Below are positions 1-9,717 of a stretch of 64,000 nt of DNA, piece by piece. Within the stretch, counting starts at the first letter, position 1, and every line of letters begins with the position of its first letter. The notes below the pieces were generated by a model. That model saw only the letters and a program-made list of their open reading frames with translations, had not been told where the DNA came from and made no database searches. Origin of the DNA: Dehalococcoidia bacterium (GTDB lineage: Bacteria > Chloroflexota > Dehalococcoidia > UBA2979); assembly GCA_964291495.2 (NCBI GenBank), contig OZ219871.1, forward strand, positions 1,152,001 to 1,216,000, written 5' to 3'. Position numbers and translations under genes: made by a program.

Positions 1-300
1 GTCGCACGGTCCGCCGATCGTGATGCGCTCCACGTCGGGCGCCTCGCCGGCCTCGATGCGCGTGCAGGCGCGGCATTCGAGGCAGGGGTCGACGCCCGCG
101 GCGTCGACCTCGTCGCGCTGCTCGCAGTGCAGGGCCTGCACGAGCCGCCGCGCCAGCGTCGCCTTGCCCACGCCGTCGGGGCCGCTGAACAGCCAGGCAT
201 GGCCGAGGCGACCGGACGCGAGGGCGGCGCGCAGCTCGGCCACGGGCTGCTCCAGCCCTCGCACGCCCCAGCGCGCGTCGCCGCCGGCTTCGGCGCTCAC
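1..300 (-). CDS. holB: DNA polymerase III subunit delta' (5' part; runs off the window)
   Basis: Not in the ORF track. Manual translation from GTG at 300 gives MSAEAGGDARWGVRGLEQPVAELRAALASGRLGHAWLFSGPDGVGKATLARRLVQALHC...PCLECRACTRIEAGEAPDV, i.e. HAxLFxGxxGxGK plus the Zn-module Cys residues. GTGA overlap with the lysA stop. Confidence 0.85.
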   Translation of the reverse strand, partial: MSAEAGGDARWGVRGLEQPVAELRAALASGRLGHAWLFSGPDGVGKATLARRLVQALHCEQRDEVDAAGVDPCLECRACTRIEAGEAPDVERITIGGPCD

Positions 301-1637
301 GGGCCCACGTCCAGCGCCATCAGGTCCTCGAAGGTCTGGCGGCGGCGCAGCAGCCGCGCCCCGCCGTCAGCGACCAGCACGACCGCGGGCCGCAGTGCGA
401 GGTTGTAGTTCGACTCCATCGCGACCTGGTAGGCGCCGGCGGCGGGCATCGCGACGACCTCGCCGGCGCGCAGCCGCGGCGTCTCGATGTCGCTCGCCAG
501 CAGGTCGCCGGACTCGCAGTACTTGCCGGCGATCGTCACGGTCTCCTCGGCGGGCGCCGTCGGGCGCTCGGCGGAGATCAGCTCGTACTGCGAGCCGTAC
601 ATCGCCGGGCGGATGTTGTCCGCCATGCCGCCGTCGACCGAGACGTAGGTGCGCACGCCCTCGATCTCCTTGCGCGCGCCGACGGTGTAGAGGGCGAGCC
701 CGGCGCGCCCGACCAGCGAGCGGCCCGGCTCAATCACCAGCCGCGGCAGCGGCAGGCCGCGCGCGTCCGCCTCGCGCCGCACGGTCCCGCAGACCACGCG
801 CGCGTAGGCGGCAGGCGGCGGCGGCTCCTGCTCGCCGTGGTAGCCGATGGCGAAGCCACCCCCGACCGACAGCTCGTCGAACTCCAGCCCGAGCCGGTCG
901 CGGCAGACCTCTGCCTGGAAGGCCGCGACGACCTCGATGCCGCGCTCGTACGGCGTCAGCTCGAAGATCGGGCTGCCGAGGTGCATGTGCAGCCCGCGCA
1001 GGTCGAGGTGTTCCCTGGCGGCGATGCGGCGCACCGCCTCCTCGGCGTCGCCGGTGGCGATCGCCACGCCGAACTTGCTGTCGAGGATGCCGGTCGTCGT
1101 CTTCTCGTGCGTGTAGGCGTCGACGCCGGGCGAGACGCGCAACAGCACCGGCTGATGCACGCCCGCCCCGGCCGCCGCCGCCTCGACCAGCTCGATCTCG
1201 CCGAGGTTGTCGATGACGACGCGACCGACGCCCGCCTCGACGGCGGCGCGCAGCTCCTCGCGCGACTTGTTGTTGCCGTGCAGGTAGATCGTGGAGGGGT
1301 CGACGCCGGCCGCGAGCATCACCGCCAGCTCTCCGCCGGAGACGGCGTCGAAGCCGTAGCCCTCGGCCGCGATCAGGCGGGCGAAGGGGCGGTTGAGGAA
1401 CGCCTTGGCGGCGTAGAGGGCCGTCGTCTCCTCGTGCTCGGCGCGGAACGCCTCGAGGAACCCGCGCGCCTGCCGCTGCAGCGTCGCGAGGTCGTAGACG
1501 TAGAGCGGGGTGCCGTACTCGCGCGCGAGCGCGGGCAGGTCGCAGCCGCCGACGGAGAGCGCGCCGGACTGGCCGAGGTCGGCGGTGACGGGCAAGAGAT
1601 GCGCCAGCGGCAGTGATGCCGTCGCGGAGGTAGCCAC
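297..1637 (-). CDS. lysA: diaminopimelate decarboxylase
   Basis: YGTPLYVYD, YAAKAF (PLP Lys), HGNNKS, HMHLGS, EPGRS, GKYCESGD, GAY. ORF track extends to 1730; GTG at 1637 is the likelier start. Confidence 0.93.
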   Translation of the reverse strand: MATSATASLPLAHLLPVTADLGQSGALSVGGCDLPALAREYGTPLYVYDLATLQRQARGFLEAFRAEHEETTALYAAKAFLNRPFARLIAAEGYGFDAVSGGELAVMLAAGVDPSTIYLHGNNKSREELRAAVEAGVGRVVIDNLGEIELVEAAAAGAGVHQPVLLRVSPGVDAYTHEKTTTGILDSKFGVAIATGDAEEAVRRIAAREHLDLRGLHMHLGSPIFELTPYERGIEVVAAFQAEVCRDRLGLEFDELSVGGGFAIGYHGEQEPPPPAAYARVVCGTVRREADARGLPLPRLVIEPGRSLVGRAGLALYTVGARKEIEGVRTYVSVDGGMADNIRPAMYGSQYELISAERPTAPAEETVTIAGKYCESGDLLASDIETPRLRAGEVVAMPAAGAYQVAMESNYNLALRPAVVLVADGGARLLRRRQTFEDLMALDVGP

Positions 1638-1846
1638 AGTGATCCCGCGTTCCCGCGGTGTCGTCGTATTCGGCCTCGCGGGCGGCGCTCCGGCCGGAGC
1701 CCGGGGAGCGCGCGCGAGGTTGGACGTCACACGTCGTTGTTCTGGCGGATTATCGCACGCCCGCCGCCGGACCGCACGGCGGGCTGGCCTTGTCTGCGGG
1801 CCTCGCGCAAGTCGCGCGGGGGTTCGTCACGGTCCACGCCTCCGGG

Positions 1847-3034
1847 TTAGTCCTCGATGTCAGCGTCCTGGAAGAGTGCGACGTAGGGATCGTAGATGAA
1901 CAAGCGGTTGCGCTTGCGGCCGGTGATCTCTGCCAACAGACCGAGATCAGCAAAGGCCCGCACCAGCGAGTTCGCCCGGGAGTGACTCAACCCCGCGCGC
2001 CGCTCCGCATCGCGGATGTCGACGAACGGAGCCGGGTAGAGCGACTCGAGCAAGCGTAGTCCGTTGTCCGCGCGCCGCCCGAGCGACCCAGCAACGAGTT
2101 CGCGGTGCTCCTCGCGTAGCGTGATCAGCCGGCGCGCCGTCTCGGTGGCTTCCGCCGCCACGATGCGCACGCCCTCGAGGAAGAATCGCAGCCAGCCCTC
2201 CCAGTCACCCCTGTCCCGCACCGCCTGCAGACGATCGTAGTACTCGGAACGATGGCGCCGCAGGTAGTGAGAGAGGTAGAGCAGCGGTCGCTTCAGGATG
2301 CCTGTCTCGCAGAGCAGGAACGTGATCAAGAGACGCCCAACACGTCCGTTCCCGTCGAGGAACGGGTGAATCGTCTCGAACTGCGCATGGACGAGCGCGA
2401 CCTTGATCAGCACAGGCAGGTCGCTCCCGTCGTGGATGAACGCCTCGAGTGCGCCGAGCGCATCGCGCATCTCCGCAGGCGGCGCCGGGACGAACGAGGC
2501 CGACGTCAGGGTGCTGCCCGGCGCGCCGATCCAGTTCTGCGAGGTGCGGAACTCACCGGGGTTACGCTCCGCGCCGCGCACACCGTCCAGCAGTACGCCA
2601 TGGATCTCGCGGATCAGCCGCAGCGAGACGGGCAACGATGCGAGACGCTCCAGCCCGTGATTCATTGCCGTCACGTAGTTGGCGACCTCGGCGGAGTCGT
2701 CCGGTGTCCGGGCCCGCGCCCGCTCCGACTCGAACTCAAGAAGATCAACGAGCGAGGCCTGCGTGCCTTCGATCTGACTCGACAAGACTGCCTCTCGCCG
2801 GACGTACATGTAGACGAACAGGTCCGGGTCGGGCAGCAGCTCCGAGGCGCCATCGAGCCGCCCTAACGCACGATCCGCTTCCGAGAGCAGCCGCACCAAC
2901 TCGGAATCGAGATTCGGGGGAGGGATGGGCGGAAGCGGCGCGGGAATGAACGCGCGGTAGCCAGCCGGGACGCGCACGTAACGCCCGGCGCGCGGCTCCG
3001 CTGGTGTCGCTTCCGGAACCTTCTCGTCAGCCAT
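1847..3034 (-). CDS. Fic family protein (N-terminal EAVLSSQIEG inhibitory motif, C-terminal HTH-like region)
   Basis: Canonical HPFLDGNGRVGR Fic motif; SSQIEG motif; somewhat atypical codon usage. Confidence 0.92.
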   Translation of the reverse strand: MADEKVPEATPAEPRAGRYVRVPAGYRAFIPAPLPPIPPPNLDSELVRLLSEADRALGRLDGASELLPDPDLFVYMYVRREAVLSSQIEGTQASLVDLLEFESERARARTPDDSAEVANYVTAMNHGLERLASLPVSLRLIREIHGVLLDGVRGAERNPGEFRTSQNWIGAPGSTLTSASFVPAPPAEMRDALGALEAFIHDGSDLPVLIKVALVHAQFETIHPFLDGNGRVGRLLITFLLCETGILKRPLLYLSHYLRRHRSEYYDRLQAVRDRGDWEGWLRFFLEGVRIVAAEATETARRLITLREEHRELVAGSLGRRADNGLRLLESLYPAPFVDIRDAERRAGLSHSRANSLVRAFADLGLLAEITGRKRNRLFIYDPYVALFQDADIED

Positions 3035-3068
3035 CTACGTACTATTATCACTTTACCTAGTTAATCGG

Positions 3069-3208
3069 CAATAGCGAGCCCCCAGCGGATGCCATTATGC
3101 TCGCTTCTGGCACTAAACGGTCCGTTCCCTTCGCTTTCTGTCGATTTCTCTACCGAAACGACAATAGCGAGTCAATCTTGGGCCTCTTACTGCCGCTTCC
3201 GGCACTAA
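3069..3208. repeat. imperfect ~92-93 bp period direct repeat upstream of fic
   Basis: CAATAGCGAG at 3069-3078 and 3162-3171; CGCTTCTGGCACTAA at 3102-3116 and CGCTTCCGGCACTAA at 3194-3208, in AT-richer intergenic DNA. Confidence 0.65.
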
Positions 3209-3265
3209 CTCACCATGCGCGGGCGCGCTACCGTCGCTTTGCCCCAGGGAGAGACAATACCGCCC

Positions 3266-3691
3266 GTGGACGAGTGCGAGCCGACTGCCGAGCAGCGCGA
3301 GATCGACGCCCTCCTCGCGCGTTACGAGCGCGAGCTCGAGTACTTCGTCCTGACGCGCGACCGGCTGCTGCCGCTGATGCGCCAGCTCCTCGACGCGTTG
3401 CGGGACTGGGCGCGCAGCGGCGAGGACGCCGACGGACGGGCGGCCATGCTGCGCCGCGAGTACATCACGGAGCTCAACACGCTCGGCGGGCAAATCGACG
3501 ACTGGGTGCGCATTCGCGGCTCCGGGCTGCGCGTCTCCTCGCTCGCGGGCGGGATGTCCGACGAGCAGATCGAGCTTTTCAGCGCGCTGCAGTCGCGCGA
3601 GGTCGCCGAGGCCGTGGGTCGCGAGGAGTTCGACGCCGCGCAGGCCGAGCTGCGCGAGCTGCTGCTGATCTTCGAGGAGTTCGCCGGGTAG
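3266..3691 (+). CDS. hypothetical alpha-helical protein
   Basis: Host-like codon usage, fills the gap between fic and the MFS gene. ORF track start is 3215; GTG at 3266 preferred. Confidence 0.7.
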   Translation: MDECEPTAEQREIDALLARYERELEYFVLTRDRLLPLMRQLLDALRDWARSGEDADGRAAMLRREYITELNTLGGQIDDWVRIRGSGLRVSSLAGGMSDEQIELFSALQSREVAEAVGREEFDAAQAELRELLLIFEEFAG

Positions 3692-3694
3692 CGC

Positions 3695-5026
3695 TCAGAG
3701 CCGCCGCAGCGCCGAGGCGGGCGGCCTCGGGCGCGTCGCGAAGATGAAGCAGAGCGAGCCGAGCCCGGCCGCCACCGCCAGCAGCAGGAAGGCCGGCGTG
3801 TACGTCCCCTGCGCGTCGTAGATGACGCCGGCGATCAGCGGCCCGATCATCATCCCCGTCATCACGATCAGCGAGGAGAAACCCTGGATCTGCCCGTAGG
3901 AGCCCGGACCGAAGTAGTCCGCGCGCAGCGCCGAGGTGAGCGGCCCGCGCGCCCCCCAGGCCGTGCCCTGCACCGCGACGCCGACGGTCAACAGCCAGAA
4001 CGACGGGCTCCAGGCCAGCAGCAGCATCGCCGTCATGTGCCCGAACATCGCCGAGACGATGATGATGCGCTTGTTCATGCGGTCGCCGAACACCGCGCCG
4101 ATCAGCATGCCCACCACCAGCATCGCGGTGAGCAGCGCGATCAGCCGCGCCGCCGTCGCCGAGGACTCGCCGAAATCCCCGGTCACGTAGACGAAGAGAT
4201 GCACCGAGACGGCGCCGACCGTCACCAGCCCCGAGGCGTGCCCGAGCGAGAGCAGCCAGAACGCGCGCGTTCGCATCGCCTCGCGCACGGTGAAGCTCGT
4301 CTCCGGCATGGCTGCGGCAGCGGCCGCCGCAGCGGCGGGCGGGAGCCCGTCGGGTGTTCGCCCGTGGTCTCCGGGACGGGTCCGCACGAGGCTCGCGAGC
4401 GGCAGGCCGATCGCCAGCACGAGACCGCCCGAGACGAGCGCCGTGGTCCGCCAGCCCCAGCCCTCGAGCGCCAGGACCACCACCGGCGTTACGAGCCCGC
4501 CTGCCGCCACGCCCGTCGACATCACGCCCAGCGCCAGCGCGCGCCGGCGCTGGAACCAGTTCACCACCGCGACCGAGACGCTCAGCATCGAGGAGAGGCT
4601 GGCGCCGATCGCGATCAGCGCGAACGCCAGGTAGAACCCCAGCAGCGAGTCGATGAGGCTGAATGCGGCGAGGGCCAGCGCGAAGAGCACGACGCCGATT
4701 AGCATGATCAGCCGCGGACCGAAGCGATCGACCGCCCAGCCGTGGACCGGCCCGAGGACGCCCGTCTCCACGCGCTGCAGGGCGAAGGCGAGCGAGAGCT
4801 CCGCGCGGCTCCAGCCGAACTCCTCCTCGAGCACCTTCACGTAGGCCCCGAAGGCGTGGAACAGCAGTCCGCCGCCCACCACCATCAGGCCCCAGCCGGC
4901 GAAGACGATCCACCAGCCGTAGAAGATGCGCTCGCGGACGAATCGAGGCGTCCCGGGCGGCGGCGCGGAGGCGTCTCCCGATGCGCCGTTCCCTCCGGCG
5001 TCCGCTACCTCGACGACCTTCGCCAC
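3695..5026 (-). CDS. MFS transporter
   Basis: About 12 hydrophobic segments, FYGWWIV N-terminus, GWAVDRFGPR motif A. Confidence 0.9.
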   Translation of the reverse strand: MAKVVEVADAGGNGASGDASAPPPGTPRFVRERIFYGWWIVFAGWGLMVVGGGLLFHAFGAYVKVLEEEFGWSRAELSLAFALQRVETGVLGPVHGWAVDRFGPRLIMLIGVVLFALALAAFSLIDSLLGFYLAFALIAIGASLSSMLSVSVAVVNWFQRRRALALGVMSTGVAAGGLVTPVVVLALEGWGWRTTALVSGGLVLAIGLPLASLVRTRPGDHGRTPDGLPPAAAAAAAAAMPETSFTVREAMRTRAFWLLSLGHASGLVTVGAVSVHLFVYVTGDFGESSATAARLIALLTAMLVVGMLIGAVFGDRMNKRIIIVSAMFGHMTAMLLLAWSPSFWLLTVGVAVQGTAWGARGPLTSALRADYFGPGSYGQIQGFSSLIVMTGMMIGPLIAGVIYDAQGTYTPAFLLLAVAAGLGSLCFIFATRPRPPASALRRL

Positions 5027-5143
5027 CCGTGAAGACTCCTCGCCCTGTTCCGGTCGCTCCGGTCCGGCTTCGCGCCCCGGCTGCGTTGATGCGGCCCCGC
5101 CATCATAGGCAGGCGGCGCTACGCACCCGGCGGCGCGCTCCGG

Positions 5144-5557
5144 CTACCGCGCCTCCGCCCCGCCCTCGAGCGCGTCGAGGCGCCGCAGCAGCACGGACGC
5201 GCCGGCCACGTGCGCGCCCAGCGCCTCGACCTCGCGGCGCAGCGCGGCGTCCGAGGTGACGACGGTCAGGGTGGCCGGGTCCGGGTCCTCCGCTACCAGC
5301 TCGGCGATGCGTTCGTCGGCGGCGTTCCTGCCGCCGCGCCGCGCGTAGAGCACGCGCAGCGGCTCGCCCTCGGCACGCTCCGGCGGGCCTCCACGGCCGG
5401 GCCGTCCGTCGAAGACGACGGTCAGCTCGTCGCCGCTCGCCCCGGCGAGCGCCTCGAGGCGTCTCGCGATCCGCCGCGCGGCGGCGGCGCGATCGCGCCA
5501 CCAGCCGTCCGGCCGGGATCCGATCACGTTCATGCCATCGACGATCAGCCGCGCCAC
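5144..5557 (-). CDS. NYN/YacP-like PIN-fold RNase domain protein
   Basis: LIVDGMNVIGSRPDGWW, VVFDG, ADERI, VVTSD. GTG at 5557 preferred over ORF start 5611. Confidence 0.8.
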   Translation of the reverse strand: MARLIVDGMNVIGSRPDGWWRDRAAAARRIARRLEALAGASGDELTVVFDGRPGRGGPPERAEGEPLRVLYARRGGRNAADERIAELVAEDPDPATLTVVTSDAALRREVEALGAHVAGASVLLRRLDALEGGAEAR

Positions 5558-5634
5558 GATTCGCTCCTGTGTCGTGCCCCGGCGCCAGGCCATCCTCGCA
5601 CGATGCGGCATGCGATCGTGAGGGCGATCCGGTC

Positions 5635-5668
5635 CCCTCTCCCCGCGGGAGAGGGCGGAGGGTGAGGG
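5635..5668. repeat. REP-like palindrome, family A (CCCTCTCCC-N-GGGAGAGGG-N-GGGTGAGGG)
   Basis: Hairpin plus GGGTGAGGG tail. Further copies near 24026, 24357, 42212, 52563, 56861 and 56966. Confidence 0.85.
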
Positions 5669-5740
5669 AGAGCGGGCGCAGCCCGCCAGCCCCGCCGGGC
5701 ACGGCGCGATCGTGAGGGCGGCAGCGGCTACCCTCGCACC

Positions 5741-6949
5741 GTGACCACGACGCCCGGTCCTCCCGACGAGCCGATCGAATCGACGATCGCGACGACGCCG
5801 CGCGCGGCCGAGCCGCCGCCGCTGTTCACGCGCGGGCTATTGCTGCTCTGCACCGCCGTCTTCTTCCAGATGTTCAGCTTCCAGATGCTCCTCCCCGTGA
5901 TGCCGCTCTACCTGCTCGACATCGGCGGCAGCGAGGGGCAGGTGGGTCTGATCCTCGGCGTCACCGCCGGGACGGCGTTGCTGTTCCGCCCGCTGACGGG
6001 CTGGGTCGCCGACCGCTACGGGCGCAAACCGCTGCTGGTTGCCGGGAACGCCGACTTCGCGCTCTCGATGGCGCTCTACCCGTTCGCGCGCGCCGTCGCG
6101 CCGCTGCTCGGCGTGCGCTCCCTGCAAGGCGCCGGGCTCTCCGCCGTCAGCACGGCCGGCAGCACGATGGTCGCCGACCTCGCGCCCCCGCTGCGCCGCG
6201 CCGAGGCGATGGGCGTCTACGGCGTCGCCGTGAACGTCTCGAGCGCGATCGGGCCGCTGCTCGGCGCCACGATCGCGATCGGGGCCGGCTTCAACAGGGC
6301 CTTCCTCGTCGCCGGGGTGTTCGCGGTCATCGGCCTCGTCCTCACCTCGCGACTGCCGGAACCGCCGCGCCCCGCGGCTCCCGAGGGCGGGACGCGCTTC
6401 ACGCTGGTCAGCCGCGACGCGCTGTTCCCGGCCTCGATCGCGCTCTGCCTCTTCCCGCCGATCGGCGTCGTGCTCTCCTACGTCGCCGTCTTCGCGGACG
6501 CCGAGGGGCTAGGCAACCCCGGCCTCTTCTTCCTGCCCTACTCGCTGACGCTGATCGTGGTGCGCGTGCTCGCCGGAAGACTCTCCGACCGCTACGGGCG
6601 CCTGACCGTGCTGCTGCCGGCGATCATGGCGTTCATCGCCGCGCTGGTCGTGATCGCCTCGGCGAACCACGTGCTGGTGTTGCTGCTCGGTGCGCTGCTG
6701 CTCGGTCTGGGCTTCGGCATCGCGCACCCCACGATCCTGGCGATGGCGGTCGACCGCGCCCCGCCGGGCCGCCAGGGCGCCTCGATGAGCACGCTGATCG
6801 GCTCCTTCGACCTCGGCATCGGCGGCGGCTCCGCGCTCGCCGGGCTGGCCGTCGCCTTCGTGGGTCTGCGCGGCGTCTTCGTGCTCGCGGTGATTACCCC
6901 ACTGATCGCGGCACTCGTGCTCGCCGTGGTGCTGCGCCGCAACCGCTGA
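5741..6949 (+). CDS. MFS transporter
   Basis: GWVADRYGRK and GRLSDRYGR motif A in both halves; multiple TM segments. Confidence 0.9.
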   Translation: MTTTPGPPDEPIESTIATTPRAAEPPPLFTRGLLLLCTAVFFQMFSFQMLLPVMPLYLLDIGGSEGQVGLILGVTAGTALLFRPLTGWVADRYGRKPLLVAGNADFALSMALYPFARAVAPLLGVRSLQGAGLSAVSTAGSTMVADLAPPLRRAEAMGVYGVAVNVSSAIGPLLGATIAIGAGFNRAFLVAGVFAVIGLVLTSRLPEPPRPAAPEGGTRFTLVSRDALFPASIALCLFPPIGVVLSYVAVFADAEGLGNPGLFFLPYSLTLIVVRVLAGRLSDRYGRLTVLLPAIMAFIAALVVIASANHVLVLLLGALLLGLGFGIAHPTILAMAVDRAPPGRQGASMSTLIGSFDLGIGGGSALAGLAVAFVGLRGVFVLAVITPLIAALVLAVVLRRNR

Positions 6950-6967
6950 GGGCCCTGCGCCTCGCGC

Positions 6968-8023
6968 TCACGCCGCCGGGGCAGCCTCCGCACAGGTCGG
7001 GATCTGCTGCAACTCCGCGACGATTTCGCGCACCTGCGCCTCCTCGTCCGGGTTTCGCGGCTCCACCTCGAGGTTCACGGCCGTCGCGAGGCCGGCGTAC
7101 TTCTCGCGCATCTCCGCGGCGATCTCGTCCCAGCCGCCGATCGCGCAGAACTCCTCCAGCATCTCGTCGCTCACGCGGCTCGGCATCACGTCCCAGCGCC
7201 CTTCGATCGAGAGCCGCCGCAGCTCGGCGGCCGTCTCCTCCAGGCCATGCAGCGCGAGGATGCCCGCGTACGATCCCGTCGAGGAGTAGAACGCGATGCG
7301 ACGCCGCGCGACCTCGCGGGACTCCGCAAGCTCCTCCTCGTCGCGGCCCGTCACGATGAAGCCGCCCGAGCGCACCATCAGCTCGCCGGGGTCTCGCCCA
7401 GCCGCACGCGCGCCCTCGAAGACGCGTGGCAGCACCACCTCGCGCTGATGGCGGAAGCTGCTCAGGGGGTGGATGGCGATGCCGTCGCAGAGCTCGCCGG
7501 CGAGGCGCGTGTTGTAGGGGTTCACGGCCGAGATCACGACGCTGACGTCGGGGTGCTCGATCGGGCCGGGGTCGAAATCGGGGTTGGTCAGGGTGTAGCG
7601 GTAGTACTCGCCCTCGAAGTCCGGCTGGGCGCCGGTCTGCCAGCAGTGCCAGATGGCGCGGATGCAGCGGATGTAGTCGCGCAGCCGCGGGCCGGGCGGC
7701 CCCCAGGGCACGGAGAAGCGGCGCTCGTTGTGCCCCTTCACCTGCGTACCCAGCCCGAGCACGAAGCGCCCGCCCGAGTAGCGCGCGAGATCCCACGCCA
7801 GGTTCGCCGTGATGTAGGGCGCGCGCGGGAAGGCGATCGCGACGGAGGTCGTGAAGCGCACCCGCTCCGTGTGCTCCGCCACCAGCGTGAGCGGCAGGAA
7901 CGGATCGTGCTTCGACTCCGGGGTGGCGATCAGGTCGTACCCGAGGTCCTCGAGGGCGCGCGCCTTCGCGGGCACGTCCTTCAGGTCCACATTGCGGAGC
8001 GCGTGCCAGACCATCATGCCCAT
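6968..8023 (-). CDS. LLM class (probably F420-dependent) oxidoreductase
   Basis: ESKHDPFLPL, AIAFPRAP, GRFVLGLGTQVKGHNERRFS, RRRIAFYSST. Confidence 0.88.
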   Translation of the reverse strand: MGMMVWHALRNVDLKDVPAKARALEDLGYDLIATPESKHDPFLPLTLVAEHTERVRFTTSVAIAFPRAPYITANLAWDLARYSGGRFVLGLGTQVKGHNERRFSVPWGPPGPRLRDYIRCIRAIWHCWQTGAQPDFEGEYYRYTLTNPDFDPGPIEHPDVSVVISAVNPYNTRLAGELCDGIAIHPLSSFRHQREVVLPRVFEGARAAGRDPGELMVRSGGFIVTGRDEEELAESREVARRRIAFYSSTGSYAGILALHGLEETAAELRRLSIEGRWDVMPSRVSDEMLEEFCAIGGWDEIAAEMREKYAGLATAVNLEVEPRNPDEEAQVREIVAELQQIPTCAEAAPAA

Positions 8024-8157
8024 CGGATCACCGCCATCCTCGAAGCAGGCTATTGCGCGCGAATTGTAGCGCCGGGCTGCGCGCAGCCGGACGCGGGCGC
8101 AATTGACGGCCGCGGGCGCGGGGGCTTCAATGATTCACGGGCAGTGCGCCCGCCAGA

Positions 8158-8232
8158 GCCGGTGTAGCTCAGAGGTAGAGCAGCTGTTTCGTAAACAGCA
8201 GGTCGAGGGTTCGAATCCCCCCGCCGGCTCCA
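8158..8232 (+). tRNA. tRNA-Thr (anticodon CGT)
   Basis: GCCGGTG acceptor stem pairing with CGCCGGC; D arm GCTC-AGAGGTA-GAGC; anticodon stem GCTGT/ACAGC with loop TTCGTAA; GGTTCGAATCC T arm; encoded CCA. Confidence 0.96.
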
Positions 8233-8278
8233 GCCCCCACCCCCTCGAACCCAACCGATCGCCTGACCCTCGCGCGCG

Positions 8279-9550
8279 TCACGCCTCGAGGGCGGCGCGA
8301 CGCCGCTCCGCGCCCTGCGCGACGCCGAGCAGCAGCAGCGCGACGATCGCCCCACACGCGGCGAGCACGACGAAGGTCTCGCCGGTGCCCCAGCGCTCGC
8401 TGACGAAGCCCGTCGCGCTGCTCGCCGTCGATCCGACGCCGAAGACGAGCAGGAACCAGACCCCGAAGGAGCGCCCCACCATGCCCGGAGGCGCGTAGTC
8501 GGCGATCAGCCCGTTCATGATCGGCTGCTGCGCCCAGCTGCAGATCGCGAACCCGGTCGCCGCCAGCAGCAGCCCCACGCCGCCGACTCCGCCCATCGCG
8601 AAGAGGAAGAACGGCGTCGCCACCGCGTAGGGCAGGATCGCACGCTCGAGGGCGATGCGATCGCTCAGCCAGCCGCCGGTAACGAGGCCGATCACCGCCA
8701 GCAGCAGCGCCAGCGAGGCCGTCGCGCCGGCGATCGCCTCGGCGTCCCAGCCGAACAGCTCGAGCCCGAGCTCGCGCTCGAGGTGCACCGCGAGGAACGT
8801 CAGCGATCCTCGGTAGATGAAGCCCACGCCGACCGCCGCGGCGTAGAGCACGAGCAGCGGCCGCGTGAACCAGCCGCCCGGCGGGGGCGGCGTCGTGCGC
8901 CGTCGCGCGGGCGGCGTCGCCTGCTCCGTGCGGCCGGACTCTGCCGCGGCCCGTTGCGCCGTCTCGTAGTCCGGCGAGATCTGCCAGACGACGATCGCGA
9001 CGCCGGCCGCCAGCGCCGCGAACGCGACGTAAGCCACGCGCCAGTCGGTCGCGATCGCAATCCCGATCGCCACGCCCGGCGCGAAGGCGATGCCGACGAT
9101 CCCGGCGACGCCGTGCGTGGCGAGGGCGATCCCGCGGCGGCTTGCGACCGTCGCCACCATCGAGATGCCGGCGGGGTGGTAGAGCCCGATACCTGCACCC
9201 AGCAACGTGAGCGAGGCAGCCAGCAACCAGAGGTTCGGCGAGAGCGCGACGACGAGCGCGAACGCCGCCGCGCTGCCCATCGAGAGCGTCATGACGGCCC
9301 TCGGCCCGTAACGGTCGACAAGCCAGCCCGAGGGCAGCGCGAAGAGGCCGAAGGTCAGCGTGCCCGCGTTGCCGACCGCGCCGAGCATCGCGAGGTCCGC
9401 GCCGAACTCGAAGCCGATCCGCACCAGCAGCGCCGCGTACACCAGTTCCAGCGCGTGCGTACCCGCGTGCGCCAGCGAGGTGGACACGATCACGCGCCGC
9501 TCGAGACCCGTCCGTTCGTCCGGCGCCAGTGCGCCCGCCATCGTCGCCAT
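8279..9550 (-). CDS. MFS transporter (Fsr-like)
   Basis: GWLVDRYGPR, GLYHPAG, multiple TM segments. Confidence 0.88.
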   Translation of the reverse strand: MATMAGALAPDERTGLERRVIVSTSLAHAGTHALELVYAALLVRIGFEFGADLAMLGAVGNAGTLTFGLFALPSGWLVDRYGPRAVMTLSMGSAAAFALVVALSPNLWLLAASLTLLGAGIGLYHPAGISMVATVASRRGIALATHGVAGIVGIAFAPGVAIGIAIATDWRVAYVAFAALAAGVAIVVWQISPDYETAQRAAAESGRTEQATPPARRRTTPPPPGGWFTRPLLVLYAAAVGVGFIYRGSLTFLAVHLERELGLELFGWDAEAIAGATASLALLLAVIGLVTGGWLSDRIALERAILPYAVATPFFLFAMGGVGGVGLLLAATGFAICSWAQQPIMNGLIADYAPPGMVGRSFGVWFLLVFGVGSTASSATGFVSERWGTGETFVVLAACGAIVALLLLGVAQGAERRRAALEA

Positions 9551-9717
9551 CGGCGCCGCCGTTCCGCCACCTCGGACTGCGCCGGGAGCATATCCGCCGA
9601 GCCCGCCCGGCCGCGAGGTTGCGCCCGGCCCGATCCTGTGGCGAGGATCACCGCCGGGCCGCGCGTCACGCCTCGTGGCCGCGACACCGCAGCCTCCGGA
9701 GGGAGAGCCGCCACGCC

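Noticed and set aside
1640-1846. Lysine riboswitch upstream of lysA
   Set aside because: Only generic GC-rich hairpins; no recognisable L-box conserved elements.
8158-8278. tRNA-Thr as an integration site
   Set aside because: No integrase, no duplicated tRNA 3' end seen in the window, and flanking genes have host-like composition.
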